A stretch of 35,935 nucleotides of DNA from Octopus bimaculoides (taxonomy: Eukaryota): NCBI RefSeq assembly GCF_001194135.2, contig NC_068982.1, positions 144,351,967 to 144,387,901 on the forward strand, given 5' to 3'. Position numbers and translations under genes: made by a program. The notes beneath the pieces were generated by a model, which was not told where the DNA came from, ran no database searches, and saw only the letters and a program-made list of their open reading frames with translations. This document shows, one piece after another, positions 11,781-23,988 of the stretch. The number at the start of each line of letters is the position of its first letter. Within the stretch, counting starts at the first letter, position 1.

Positions 11781-12049
11781 TTAAGATAGTTGTTGAGTAC
11801 ATTAGTATCTATTATCAGCATGTGAAAGTAAAATAATTTGTGCAGTCATTTGGCATCAGGCAGCAGGTTCTAACACATGGTCAGAGGTTCCTGATGTTTA
11901 CAGCTGGGTGTTCTTCCAATTACATCTTCACCATGTATTTTTTTATTCTCAGTTATTGTTGTTCTATATGAGTTACGTTCCATACAGTTTGTGGAGGCCA
12001 CAAATCCATGCTGACCACTTGGCATAGCCCATCACCTTGTGGATAAGGT

Positions 12050-12338
12050 CATCATCATCATCGTCGTTTAACGTCCGCTTTCCATGCTAGCATGGGTTGG
12101 ACGATTTGACTGAGGACTGATGAAACCAGATGGCTACACCAGGCTCCAATCTGATTTGGCAGAGTTTCTACAGCTGGATGCCCTTCCTTACGCCAACCAC
12201 TCCGAGAGTGTAGTGGGTGCTTTTTACTTGCCACCGGCATGAGGGCCAGTCAGGCGGTACTGGCAACGGCCACGCTCAAAATGGTGTATTTTATGTGGCA
12301 CCCGCACAAGAGCCAGTCCAGGGGCACTGGCAATGATC
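12050..12338 (-). mobile_element. 5'-truncated RTE 3'UTR copy, little diverged, with ~2 minisatellite units and (GAT)n tail
   Basis: Close reverse complement of 750-1062 and 26748-26905; CpGs are retained. Confidence 0.88.
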
Positions 12339-12383
12339 TCCCTCGATAAATTGCAGCAGGTGGGGGGAAGACTCAATTAAATG

Positions 12384-12423
<40 letters not shown>

Positions 12424-12789
12424 GAGAGAGAGTAATGATTTGAAGTCTCTTCAAACTATAAAATGTAGAAGGTGCTAGTTGTATGCAAGAGCTCTTGTGG
12501 GTGGAATGTACACATAACTTATAGGTTGGGTTGAAATGAAGTGTAAAATTTGTAAATGAAATAATTAGATAGGATGCATGTATGTGTGTGTGGGGAGTAA
12601 TGTTAAGAAGGGTATAAGGAGAGGAAGAGGTAGAATTGACCAATAAACTTATATGTATGCGTGATTTTTCTTATAACAGAATTTATATAAATTTTGGCTG
12701 CATTGCAGTGGATTACATACGTATGCCTGGCTGGCTATCAGCTGGTCAGTTGTTTGATCAGTGTGTGGTGTTCTATATTGTAATGAATA

Positions 12790-14165
12790 TGCCAGTGCAA
12801 ATCATGACGAAGAGGAAATGTCTGTACAGAATGACAATGGTGAATTTGCCCTAACTGACACAGAAAAGAAGTATATTAATGTTACTATGAGATGTTACTG
12901 AATGATTAGAATGCATAGGAGAGAGAAGCTCTACCCAAAGTAGACCCAGTACAGGTATCAGCTTCGACGTTTATGGCAGTATGGCTGAAAGCAGGGCTGT
13001 GGAGTCAAAACAAAAAACTCCAACACCTCTATTATTGGCAACTCCAACTCCTCTTTTTGTAATTAAGTGATTGTAGTCTACATATCTCATAAAGCATATG
13101 CATACACTTGTACTTTGAGTAGGCCTATATGTCATAACTGATTTATATTAAAGAATAAAGATATTATGAGTCAGAGTCGGCAAAACTACACAGTATCCGA
13201 TTCGAGCTACCCCTTAATTGTTTCCGACTCTGACTTCACAACTGACTCCACAGCCCTGGCTGAAAGCATAATTAAGGATATGAAGACAGGAAAGATAGCT
13301 GGTTTATAAGGGATAGTTGCTGGGACATTTAAAATACCTGCCAAAAAGAAGCATCCGCTATTAACTTGAATAGGATTCAAGCAGTAGAGAAAGGAAAAGG
13401 AGATACTCTAGAAAGAGGAGGCAACTGAGTCATCAAATTGATGGACAAGGTTATGATTCTCATAACCTGGAAAGTTACAGCACAGCTAATTAGCAAGGAA
13501 ATTAGTTCAGATGAGAATCAATTTCAGTTTGTGCCAGGACAAGGTCCCATTAATGCCCTCTCCCTAGAGAGTTACTAATTGAGAGTAAGCCACTGTATCT
13601 AGCATTCACTAACCTGGAGAAAGCTCTTGAAAAGTTATTATGTTCTATAGTCTGACAGTCATTAAGAAAACTGGGGATAGAATAACAGCTTGAGAGAGTC
13701 ATGCAAGCTGTGTACAGAGATGTTGTTGGCAACTTAGAAACAAGGTGAGTGAACGAGTCAGCATGCAAGTAGGAGTCCAACAAGGCTTGGTTCTCAGCCC
13801 CCTCCTGATTATTTATTAAAGTTCTCCAGGACATAAAGAAGTTTAAGACTAGTTGTTGTGGGGAACTCCTGTATGCCAGTGACTGAGTTCATATAAGTGA
13901 ATCTGCCAAAGATTCAAAGAAGAAACTCTGTATGTGGAAGTAAAAGTTAAGAATTAAGAGGCCTCAAAGTGAACCTAACACAAACAATGTTATCTTGAAG
14001 GGGGGGGACTTGAGCACTATGTGAGAAATGGCCAACAGAAGTAGCTAGCAATGAGAATTCCAATGTAATAAATTCGTTCAAATTGACAGCAGGGGGTTAT
14101 AATTAGTTGAAAATCTTTTCTACTTGTGCAACCAACTTAGCAGTAGAAGAGGTTGCACTGCGAAA
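12790..14165 (+). mobile_element. Decayed RTE LINE linker and reverse transcriptase, split by a hAT MITE
   Basis: Translations YYEMLLN, IKDMKTGK, ENQFQFVPG, KPLYLAFTNLEKA, GVQQGLVLSPLL, ELLYASD (degenerate YADD), GLKVN and FYLCNQLSS, with many stops and frameshifts. ORF 13550..13834 is its antisense. Confidence 0.88.
12992..13258. mobile_element. Non-autonomous hAT-type MITE (267 bp)
   Basis: Perfect 15-bp TIRs CAGGGCTGTGGAGTC (12992-13006) and GACTCCACAGCCCTG (13244-13258). Perfect 8-bp TSD GCTGAAAG (12984-12991 and 13259-13266). Subterminal ACTCC/GAGTC repeats. Confidence 0.92.
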
Positions 14166-14264
14166 TGAAAAAATGAATAAATGTGTGTGTACATGCATGC
14201 ATATACATGCACAGATGTATATATGTATCTAAGGCAAAGATGATGACAATAAAGGTGGTGGTAA

Positions 14265-14418
14265 TGGGCTTCCATACTTTCTGTGTGCCCTGTTCCACTC
14301 CAATGCATTGGTTAATGGAAGGCTATGATAAAAGATACTTCCCCAAGATACTGTGGAGTAGAACTGAACCTATGATCATGTGGATGCAAAGCAAACATCT
14401 TAACACGGAGCCACACTT
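14265..14418 (-). mobile_element. Degraded family-A SINE 5' part
   Basis: ggctatgataaaagatacttccccaag...actgaacc...cacggagccac is the reverse complement of the family-A head. Confidence 0.65.
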
Positions 14419-14891
14419 AACCTTTACACAGAGATTTAAAATAATTTGATCATTTTCTGTTATATCAAGAAATATACGACATGTTTTTAGCTGTTGTTAG
14501 CCAAGAAATGAAAGATTGATCAACTTTTTTTTATCTCAGTATAAACTCTTAACAGAGCTGAGTTCCAGTAATCATAAAAGCAGTCTGTTACAGATGATGG
14601 ATTTGCAAGGAAAAGGAGAGGGTATGGATTCTTAACACATCAAATTAGTTCAGGAGGCAATTATATTCTATGTGATTTACACACGAACACTGTAGCAAAA
14701 GGAAGAGTTTCTGATAGTACTGGCACAACTTACAGATTAATTTTTAGTTTGTTTTTTTCTTTTAATATAAAAAAGGGTGATATCTAAGGTTAAATAAAAA
14801 CATGTGAAATCCATAGAAGAATTTATCTAAAACAGGTGGAGAAAAGGAATTATAATTTTACACATACATTTACATACACACACACATACAT

Positions 14892-14940
<49 letters not shown>

Positions 14941-15689
14941 AATGGATGTAAAATGTTAATGTTGATAAAGATAAACTTTTGGGTCAAAATCATCACAATA
15001 ATCTAAGTGTTGGCAGACTCATGCAAAGATTCTATACAATAAATACAAATAATAAAACATTTTAAAATAAAGTAAACATAAACAAAAGTTTACATCCTTT
15101 TATTCCTATTTTTATTTGATTTCTATTTTGGCTTGCTTATTGATGAATACTTAATTTTGTAACCCCTTTAGATAAAGTGCAAATCACAAATATCTTAGAA
15201 GGAAAACATAAGACAAAATGAATTAATCTAAATTTGACTTTACGTTAAGGTGTTAAAAATTAATCACTGATAAGGGATGATCAAATTATTTCAATGAGCT
15301 CTATCATAAATGTTACAATTAGTTTATGTTGGATTGAGCTTTGAAAGAGAAAAATTCAGATACACTAGGACAGTAGTTTAAACTAATAATAATCATCAAA
15401 TTTAATTAAATCATCATGTGCATGGATAACAGCGGAATGAAAACAATGACATACAGAATTCTTCTTAATACATTCCAGCAAATTTGAAACTGCATATGCT
15501 AATTGCTATTGCATTTTTGCCTTTAGAACTTCTGATGTGTGTTTATAACCCATTGGTTCAAAGAGGTAAGGGGTCTTTGAGATTTCAAAGTGCTTCAACC
15601 TGGTTGTGTTTACTCAGTCCATCCTGGTTGTGAATCTAAAGAATTGTGGTTCTTGTTTATAAATAAGTAAGTAAAATCCCTAGCTGGCA

Positions 15690-16010
15690 TCTGAAGGGGG
15701 AGGCTGTCCTCTCAACCAATATGCTGCAGTGGGTACCACTGGATGATGGACTCTGGTGATGATGTTATTCCATGCTTCCTGATCCATGGTACTGGCCCTT
15801 AGCATGCTTGAGGTTGAGGCACTGCAAATTCAGGCCTTACTCAATTTGTTTTTGCCCAGGTCTTCTGTAGTGCACTACACTGGATTCTCCAGTGCATGGG
15901 TTGCTGCTACTACAAAAGTTGTGTTTACAGAGTTCAGTAAGCAAAATATTTGCTGCTGCATTCTGGTGTCTGCCAATTTGATAATAAATCATCATGTGCA
16001 CGGAGAACAG
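15690..16010 (-). mobile_element. Old RTE-like LINE C-terminal remnant (different subfamily)
   Basis: Minus-strand translations LADTRMQQQIF, RRPGQKQIE and MDQEAWNNII resemble the RTE/BovB C-terminal ...AMDREAW motif as recalled. Confidence 0.45.
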
Positions 16011-16437
16011 TAAAAACCAAAACAACTATGTACAGATTCATTAATATACTCTAGAAGATTCAAACCTGAACATACTAATCAATGTTGTATGTCACTTTCA
16101 CAGAACAACTCCTCATTTCAGACATGTGTGCTCATAGCACACTTGATTCATGGAGGTAAGGGGAGTTTGAGATGATGGTATGAAACTTTATAGAAGTTAG
16201 AATTTAGCAGTTTTCCTCCCTTTCTTTAATTAATTCAACATTTACATATTTTCTATAGATTGCCTTCAATAACAATGAACACATCATTTTTATCCTCAGT
16301 TATTAATCAGCCCACCCACTTTATCAAACTATTTCAACTATTACGGTAGGGGTCTGTAGAAAGAGTATGACGATTACAATAAACAGTAGATAAGGGCTTA
16401 TTGATGTTCCCCTACAACACAACTGGGACTCACTAAC

Positions 16438-16441
16438 TTGA

Positions 16442-16475
<34 letters not shown>

Positions 16476-16493
16476 CAGAGAGAGAGAGAGACA

Positions 16494-16526
<33 letters not shown>
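16438..16526. repeat. (GA)n/(GAGACA)n microsatellite
   Basis: Directly visible; it explains ORFs 16324..16605 and 16438..16815. Confidence 0.95.
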
Positions 16527-17090
16527 TCATCACCACCATCATCTTAACATTCTCACTTTTGAGATGGCAAAAGTTGTACAGATCTGCCATAGAGAATATT
16601 GCCAATTATCTCAGTCTTTCATCATCTATTCTGTAAAGCTCATCATTCTAAGGTTTGAGTACATCTTTCTCAATATCTTTTTTTTTCCCACAAATATCCT
16701 TCACTTGAGATACATATCACATTTTCCTCCAGCAGAAATACTCTGCCCCATACCAACACAGTTGTCTCCCCTGTACATTCTGGTTGATGCCTTCAATGAC
16801 TCGTCACATTCTTAACTTTATGTTCTATCCTCATGAGGGTCTGGCATTACACATTCAAGGAATCAAGCATACCTAATTTCTTTCTAACTCTCAAAGATTT
16901 CTCCTACATTTAGATCCTTAGTCTCATACTTAGTTGAGCATGTGATAATAAAGATGCATTTGTTACATAACAAGATTTCCACATGATCCCAGTGCAGCAC
17001 TTTAATAACTCTTCAAATGGGGTTCAAGTTTTTAAGTTTTCGTGCACTTCCAAGACTGGACCACTCCTTTTCGTAGTACCTATACATTAA
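16527..17090 (-). mobile_element. Decayed RTE LINE 3' region
   Basis: Minus-strand translations VQGRQLCWYG and LRMMSFTE*MMKD*DNWQYSL parallel the C-termini at 428-537 and 10043-10240. A tail-like catcaccaccatcatcttaac lies at ~16528. Confidence 0.62.
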
Positions 17091-19989
17091 TCTGTACACA
17101 AAAGATGATGTTAATGATAAATGATCAAATAGGATTAATGGCTTTCTGAAGTTAACAAATAACTCCGAACCAAGTAACCCAAACTAACGACTATAAACAT
17201 TTGAAGATGAGGGAAATTATTACACAAGAGATGGATGTAAGGGTGAGATATTGAACAATAGTCATGAGACCGAATCAGTAACTATGCTGTGCTTCTGAAT
17301 GAAGTACATAACTCTCCTTGTTCTAGTTTGCCTGAGTGAACATCAAACAGACTATTTCGTAATGTTATTGCCGAGTGATTAGCAGAAGGGAGGGTATCTA
17401 GGTATAAAAATACACACTGACTCTGACAAAAGAGCCATACTACCTATGCAAGCATAGATGTAAAACAGGAAAAATATGGGCAAAATGTTATTATCTTAAC
17501 CTTTGTTAATTATTTGTAAATTCTATTGTGTTGATTTTATTCTTCTGTTTTCTCTCTCCAACTTGGATAATATTTAGTCAAGATTTGTAAAAAAAAATTT
17601 TTTATCCAGATGTACTGGCAAAATATTTATCCCCATTTGTTTAAATATACAAAAACACCCACCTGTGTCCATGTACATTAGACCTTTAGAGCCCCAAGTA
17701 AATGTTTCTGCTTTTCATAGCCAAGTAAGTTTGCATTTTCATTTTTTATCACCTGCAACTGAAGACTCGCCGTCCTCTTTCAAGCTTGATATCTACTTCA
17801 GTTATTCAATCAAGCTTTATCTAAATGCAAATATATAGTTTAACATTCTTGTGGTTGCAATTTGAATATTTTAAGGTAAAGTGTCACCAGTCTCAACAAC
17901 TACAAAACACAATACAACACAACAGTTTGATGTGCAACACATTCTACTCAACTAACACCATGTAGAGGACACAGTACTCAGGTAGACCCACCTTCAATAA
18001 TTATTACTTTGTAGTTATAAGTCAAAATTGAGTGATGAGTCCCTCTCAGCCTTAACTAAAATATAACTTAGCTAATTCTTTAATAGTCTAGAACAAATGC
18101 TAAATTGTGAGTCTCTCAATTCTTAAGTGCGATCAATTGAATATGTGCTTTGTTTATTGATTCTAATTTTCATGATTTAATGCAGATTCCTTAACATTAT
18201 GCCCTATTATCTAAGGAATCCTACTTTGTGTTATCTACCCAATAATTCCTCTTTGTTAATTGCTTAACAAGAATCATTTTAATCTTGAAAACTTAGCTGT
18301 GACCAGCCTTTCTTTCATCTGCTTATTTAATCAATGACTACAATTTAATCCTAACAGGCAATCAGCTGGAAAATTCGTAACATGTAAATAAATACAGTGC
18401 ATTAGCATGACATCAGTAACTAATTCATCAAGTTTTTAAAAGTACATCAAATAACTATGGCTATCTTTTCCAGAAATTATTTATTCATAACATAGACTTC
18501 TTGGAAAGGATTTTTAAGGGATGAGAGATTAAATTCCCTGTAGTTATTTTATAAACCTCTACAGAGAGATGAACCATAATAATTTGAACTCAGAACTGTG
18601 AGATATAAAACTAAATTCTATACAGCATCAAATATGGAGCCTTCAATATCTATAATATAATCTCAAAATGATTTCAAAGAGAAAAGGCTTTTCATAGAAT
18701 AAAAGTCAATTTAGCACTGAGCAATTCAGATCAAATCTGCCATTAACACACACGTGTGGGTGTGTATGTTAACACTATAAGAATTATATAACCGTTTTTT
18801 GAGAGAATGTGAACTAATTTGTTTTTGGAATATATAGTATATAGTAACTCCTTCATGAGACTACTGGGTGAAAGTTTTGAAAAATTATTAGCTGAATTAG
18901 TAAAAAATTTTCATGGACCTTTTTTTTTTTCTGGAGACTTCTATTTTACAATTCATAATTGCACAACTAACTTCACCTGAAGTAACACACCTAACTCCAA
19001 TATCTTTCTAACCACATGTACAAACTGTTTCAGCAATATGTTCAGTCTTTCATTAGTAATGCTGCTCCATTCCTGGAAAATACCACCTGGCTGTTAATAA
19101 TCTCACTGTTAATATTTTTCTCCGCTTCCTGACCAAGACAACCTTTCCAACTTTTGAGTCCAATCCTTAATATCTAGCCAACTATCAACTATCAAATGGT
19201 AGAAATAATCAGTGCCTGGTCTAAACAACAAAATGAAGACATTATGGTGCTTGTCAATATTAAACTACTTTGATTTCAAGTGTAAAGCCAAACCATTACA
19301 CTTCCAACAACAGTCAGTGGAACCATACATAAACTTCAACTAACAAGTGAGACAGGTGCTCATCTACAACTAGTATAGTGATTAGTCAGTTAATAACCTA
19401 CCTTAGTAAATGGAATAAATTCGCTCAAAGACACTCTCCTGTCTGATAATACATTTAAAAGGAAAATAAAGAAATAACATAAAAAAAGAAAGCAAAGAAA
19501 AGAAAAAATATCTTCTTTGTAGAACACATCTGAAATAAAACAAGCTGGTATTTCAATACATTGGTAGTTGAGTTTCTTTTTTTTATGATATCCAATCTGT
19601 TTACATTTCCTTGTATGTGTGTGTGTACTTTCTACAATACAGTACAAGTATACTTAAAATTTATAAGATCTGAAAGCAAGCTTGAGATAGTTACAAGTAA
19701 ACAACAATATGTAGAATTAGACTTAGTTTATTGATAAAATTAACATGCATTCTTTTGTATGTATATATTTAAATAGGCAAAGCAGGAGAATGTAAAAAAT
19801 TTATGGAAGACACATCTGTGAAGCAGAGACTGGAGTGTATTGGTGAGTGACTCAAAATAAACTAGTGTTACATGAAATTTATTCTTCATTTTCTTTTATT
19901 ATGATTCTATCCATATCTAGGACGATTCATAGGAACAGAAAACTAACTCTGGTACTTAAATGCTATACTAGCTCCAAAAGGGTTGAAAA

Positions 19990-20431
19990 CAGGGCCATAT
20001 TAAGACCCATAGATGCCCCTAAGTACTTAAAAAATTTTGGTGTCCCCATATATATATGTAATTCACAATAGAAACAATTATAAACCATAAAATAAATTTT
20101 CATTTTTCAAAATGAAACAAAACAAACAGCAAGATGGAAAATAATGTTGATTTTTGTATATTCCCACTTTATTTATATTTGAGAATTTTTCTATTTTTTT
20201 TAATTGCAAAGATTTTTTTGATTTTTTAATTTTTTTTTTAGATCCTCCCTATGACACCATGAACACATGGAAATTATATTTCTGAGTATATAAACCACTT
20301 TGAATACTATTTTAGCAAGTTGAAAGTGATTTCTTTTGTGCCGTAAACCATTTACCATTTCTGTGGTGCCCTCTCCTTCCCTTGATGCCCTAAGTACATG
20401 CTTACTTTGCTTAATGGTTAATCCAACACTG
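19990..20431. mobile_element. Older non-autonomous hAT-type MITE (442 bp)
   Basis: Degenerate TIRs CAGGGCCATATTAA and TTAATCCAACACTG (9/14 match). 8-bp flanks GTTGAAAA (19982-19989) and GTTGAAAG (20432-20439). Subterminal gatgccc(c)taagtac occurs near both ends. Confidence 0.75.
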
Positions 20432-20747
20432 GTTGAAAGGCAAACTCAAAATGTAAAATGCCTTATCTAAATTCTGCAGGCATTTTATTTGATGCTCAAA
20501 TAATTCTCCCAATTCACCACCTAAATTGCATGATATATATATATATATATATGTGAGAAGTCTGATGTTATATAGTAATGTGATCTACCAGGGGAATATT
20601 CCCAACAGCTGAAGATCAAGGAGTTTAAAATGAAAAGATGAATGTGTTGAATACAATTAAAACTTAAATGGAGTGTGAATGAATTGAATAAGAAGCTACA
20701 GTCACTGTTTGGAACCAAGTAAAAACAACTGATTATGTAATAATCAT

Positions 20748-20790
20748 GACCATCATCGTTTAACGTCCACCTTCCATGCTAGCATGGGTG
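20748..20790 (-). mobile_element. Very short RTE 3'-tail insertion
   Basis: catcatcgtttaacgtccaccttccatgctagcatggg matches 12055-12098. Confidence 0.8.
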
Positions 20791-21841
20791 AGAAATGAAT
20801 AATATATACTATGCTACAATATGGTGTAAAGTGGTTATTCAGGGTTGCTGTGACCATAAAAGATGAATTGACAAAAAAGCCATTAATCTAAGTTGGCATG
20901 GCAAAGGCAGATAATTAATTATATAGTTTGTATGCAATATAACAATCTTAGACAAAAGACATATGAACAAGGTTGTAAAACATTGTACGTCATACTAATA
21001 ACATGGGACAACAGATTATAGCATAAATTCCAGAAACAAATTAAACTTTCCATTTCAGTTCCTTTGGTAAATATGCTGTAGACATTGTATATTACATGAT
21101 ACCAGTATTTAATATTTGATTCAATGATTGCTCAATATTAAGCTGATGTGTTTGAATTCTGAGTCAACATAAAAAATTTTGTCGATCCAAATTTTAATAA
21201 AACCTACAATAATTATCCTAGAATACGAAGAAAGGAAATAATGTTCTATTTCTATACCTGGTTAAAAGCCAGAATGAAAACTGTGAATCATCTAGTTGCA
21301 AAATATTTTTTTTGCTAGTCATTTTATTCATATATTTATTTTGTATTTGGTAATGTGACTGAAGTTCTTCTCCTTTAAATCGTTTTAAACAACTCCACCC
21401 TTTCAATAATACCAAAAAATAAAACCAAACTATTTGCTGCTAAATTGCTATTGTTATTAATTCTTTGTGGTTTTATATGAGTTTAGCAAAACATTTTACA
21501 ATTGGTTTTATTGTAATTATAAAAATACTGCGATGTGATAGAAGACCAGTGTGTTTACTGTCACAAACTGAAGAGTCCTCTGGTCTATATTTATTTAATT
21601 TTGGAATGTCTGATCACATGTGTTATGTGAGCCAAAATGAAGATATATGCAAATGTGCAGTATCACAAAAGTTTTAATTTATATCAGCATAAAAAAATTA
21701 AAAAAATGTTAAACTGATAGTCAGAATAATAGTAATGGTGGTGATGGGCCACTAATTGGTTTTATAAACAAAATACAATTCTGGCTAAATAATTCCAGTC
21801 AAAACAGGAGTCAGTGGTGGAGAAACATTTCAAGAAATCAT

Positions 21842-22056
21842 TTAACCCTTTAGCATTTAAAGCATCCATACTCAGTCCAAATATTCTACCTGTTTTGACA
21901 TTCAAACTGGCCATGAGTAGCCTGTCACACCAACCCTGCAGTGTCATTCTACAAGTAAACAATCACATCACTGAAACGTCATAACTGTGAGATAGTGCAT
22001 AATTAATACAAAACAATACGAGTAAGTAAGCATTACATTTAATAGAGTAAACTGAA
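21842..22056. mobile_element. piggyBac-like MITE, one terminus intact
   Basis: Starts TTAA CCCTTTAGCATTTAAA; body homologous to 3804-3985; far end degraded. Confidence 0.55.
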
Positions 22057-22080
22057 CTGAGTAAGTGCTCAAAAATAATT

Positions 22081-22250
22081 GTTTCTCATTTAGGTCCAAG
22101 GCCAACAATTTTGGTGGGAGGGGTTAGTTGATATCATCAATCCTTGTACTAGACTTTATTTTTGTGACTCTGAGAGAATGAAAGACAATATTGACCTCAG
22201 GAGGAACTGAACCTAGAGCATAAAGAGCCAGAAGACATACCACAAATTAC
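22081..22250 (-). mobile_element. Degraded family-B SINE
   Basis: ccaaggccaacaattttgg...gaatgaaagacaatattgacctcaggaggaactgaacc is the reverse complement of family B. Confidence 0.65.
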
Positions 22251-22755
22251 ATTTTCTACACAGCGAGACAAGTTAATATGTATAAATTTGTATGGTACAA
22301 CAGCAAATATGTTGTGTTTGGGTGATTGTAGCACTTATAATAAATAAACGTAGGAGTTGTTTTTCCTTATACGGAAGTAGGCGAAGTTTTTGATTCCAAC
22401 ACAAAATTGTTGATCATCAGATTAAATTGACAACTGACAGCCAAGAAGAACCAATTTGAAGTTATACGTTTTAACTCAAAGTGATATAACAGGATACAAA
22501 CATGCTGCCAATTTGGCAAATGCAACTTTTTTTTAAAAAAACATGTTTAAATTGCTGGGTTTTTTTTTTGGTTTTTTTCCCCCCACAAAATCAAAGCAGC
22601 AACAAAAACAAAGCAAAAGGATGTCATTACTTTGGTTAGTCAATTCGAATAAACAAAAGGATTAGTGATTAAGTAGAGTTCTTTCATAAATGTTTGTTTT
22701 ACATCATCAATCAATGCTGAGATGATGTATAAAGTAATATTATTATTATCATTGG

Positions 22756-23603
22756 AAGGTGGAGAGCTGGCAGAATCATTACTACACTGGGCAGAATGCT
22801 TAGTGGTATTTTGTCTGTCCTTATGTTCTGAGTTCAAATTCTGCCAAGGTCGACTTTACCTTTCATCCTTTTGAGGTTGATAAAATAAGTACCAGTTGAA
22901 CACTGAGGTTGATATAATTGACTTACTCCTCCCCCAAGATTACTGGCCTTGTGCCAAAATGTGAAACCAATATTATTATTATTATTATCATTAAGGTGGC
23001 AAGCTGGCAGAACTGTTAGCATGCTGGACAAAACACTAAGCAACATCTTGTCCGTCTTTATGTCTCAGTTCAAATGTTGCCTAGGTTGACTACATCTTTC
23101 ATCCTTTCGGGGTTAATGAAATAAGTACCTGTTGAGTACTGGGGTCAATGTAATTAACTAGCCCTCCCAGAGAATTTCAGGCCTTGTACCTATAGTAGAA
23201 AGGATTATTATCACCATTATTATTGTTATTATTATTAAAGCAGTTAAATCCACAGAGTCGTCAATGTGTCATACAAAATAAGTAGAATTTTTTATGGCTT
23301 TTTATGTTCAAAGAGTACCAGGATTAACTTGTCTTTCATCTTTTCAGGATTGATAAAATAAGTATCAATTGAACACTTGAGACAATATAATTAACTAATC
23401 CTCTCTCCCTAAAATTGTGGACTTTGTACAAAAATTACAAAGAATTATTATTACAATTAATATTATTATTACAATTAATATTATTATTACTTTGTGGGTT
23501 GATATAATTAACAACCGGTCAAGTACAGAGGTCAATGTAATNNNNNNNNNNNAACTTGCTCCCTCCCCTCAAAACTGCTGGCCTGGGACCAAACTTTGAA
23601 ACC
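22756..23603 (+). mobile_element. Head-to-tail array of four family-B SINE copies joined by (ATT)n tracts
   Basis: Copies start at ~22756, 22993, 23237 and 23491. The first three carry tttcatc...gataaaataagta or a close variant; the fourth is 5'-truncated and contains an 11-N gap at 23542-23552. Confidence 0.85.
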
Positions 23604-23662
23604 ATTATCTAAGTCTAAATGTGGGATGCTGTCATGTGGTTAGTTGAAGGTAGAAGTGAAAG

Positions 23663-23665
<3 letters not shown>

Positions 23666-23711
<46 letters not shown>

Positions 23712-23790
23712 TGTTAGGGTCAGGGGAAAGGGATTGCTATTGTGTTATATGGTTAGTTAGTTGAGAGAGAGAGAGAGAGAGAGTGTGTGT
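23666..23790. repeat. (GA)n tracts with short (GT)n
   Basis: Directly visible. Confidence 0.9.
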
Positions 23791-23988
23791 GTTTACTGAA
23801 GGCAACATGGCATTGATGTACCTGTCTATCTATCTACAGGTAGATGCATCGACAGAAGAGAGAAAGATGGATGGCTAGATATATTGATAGTTAAATTAAT
23901 GTGAAATAATCTTTGCAAATAGCTGTGGATGTTACTCTTTCATATGTTCTAGTCCAAGGGCTGTGTTCATGCTAGGGTACCATCATCA

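Noticed and set aside
15510-17730. Plus-strand splice-like signals (39-nt segment ending |gtaagg near 15565; 4-nt CCAA|gtaagt at 17721-17724)
   Set aside because: No coherent plus-strand gene; such signals are expected by chance in AT-rich DNA.
17753-17820. 68-nt minus-strand exon-like segment containing a 9-bp inverted repeat (AAGCTTGAT/ATCAAGCTT)
   Set aside because: Weak donor (gtgata), stops in all frames and no homology.
21250-21335. MTSKKNILQLDDSQF…, superficially like MTEGR…LLDD
   Set aside because: Wrong donor phase, weak similarity, and the true exon is at 31168-31233.
23441-23490. 18-bp tandem duplication in an (ATT)n tail
   Set aside because: Low complexity and ~50 bp from an N gap; slippage or assembly artefact.
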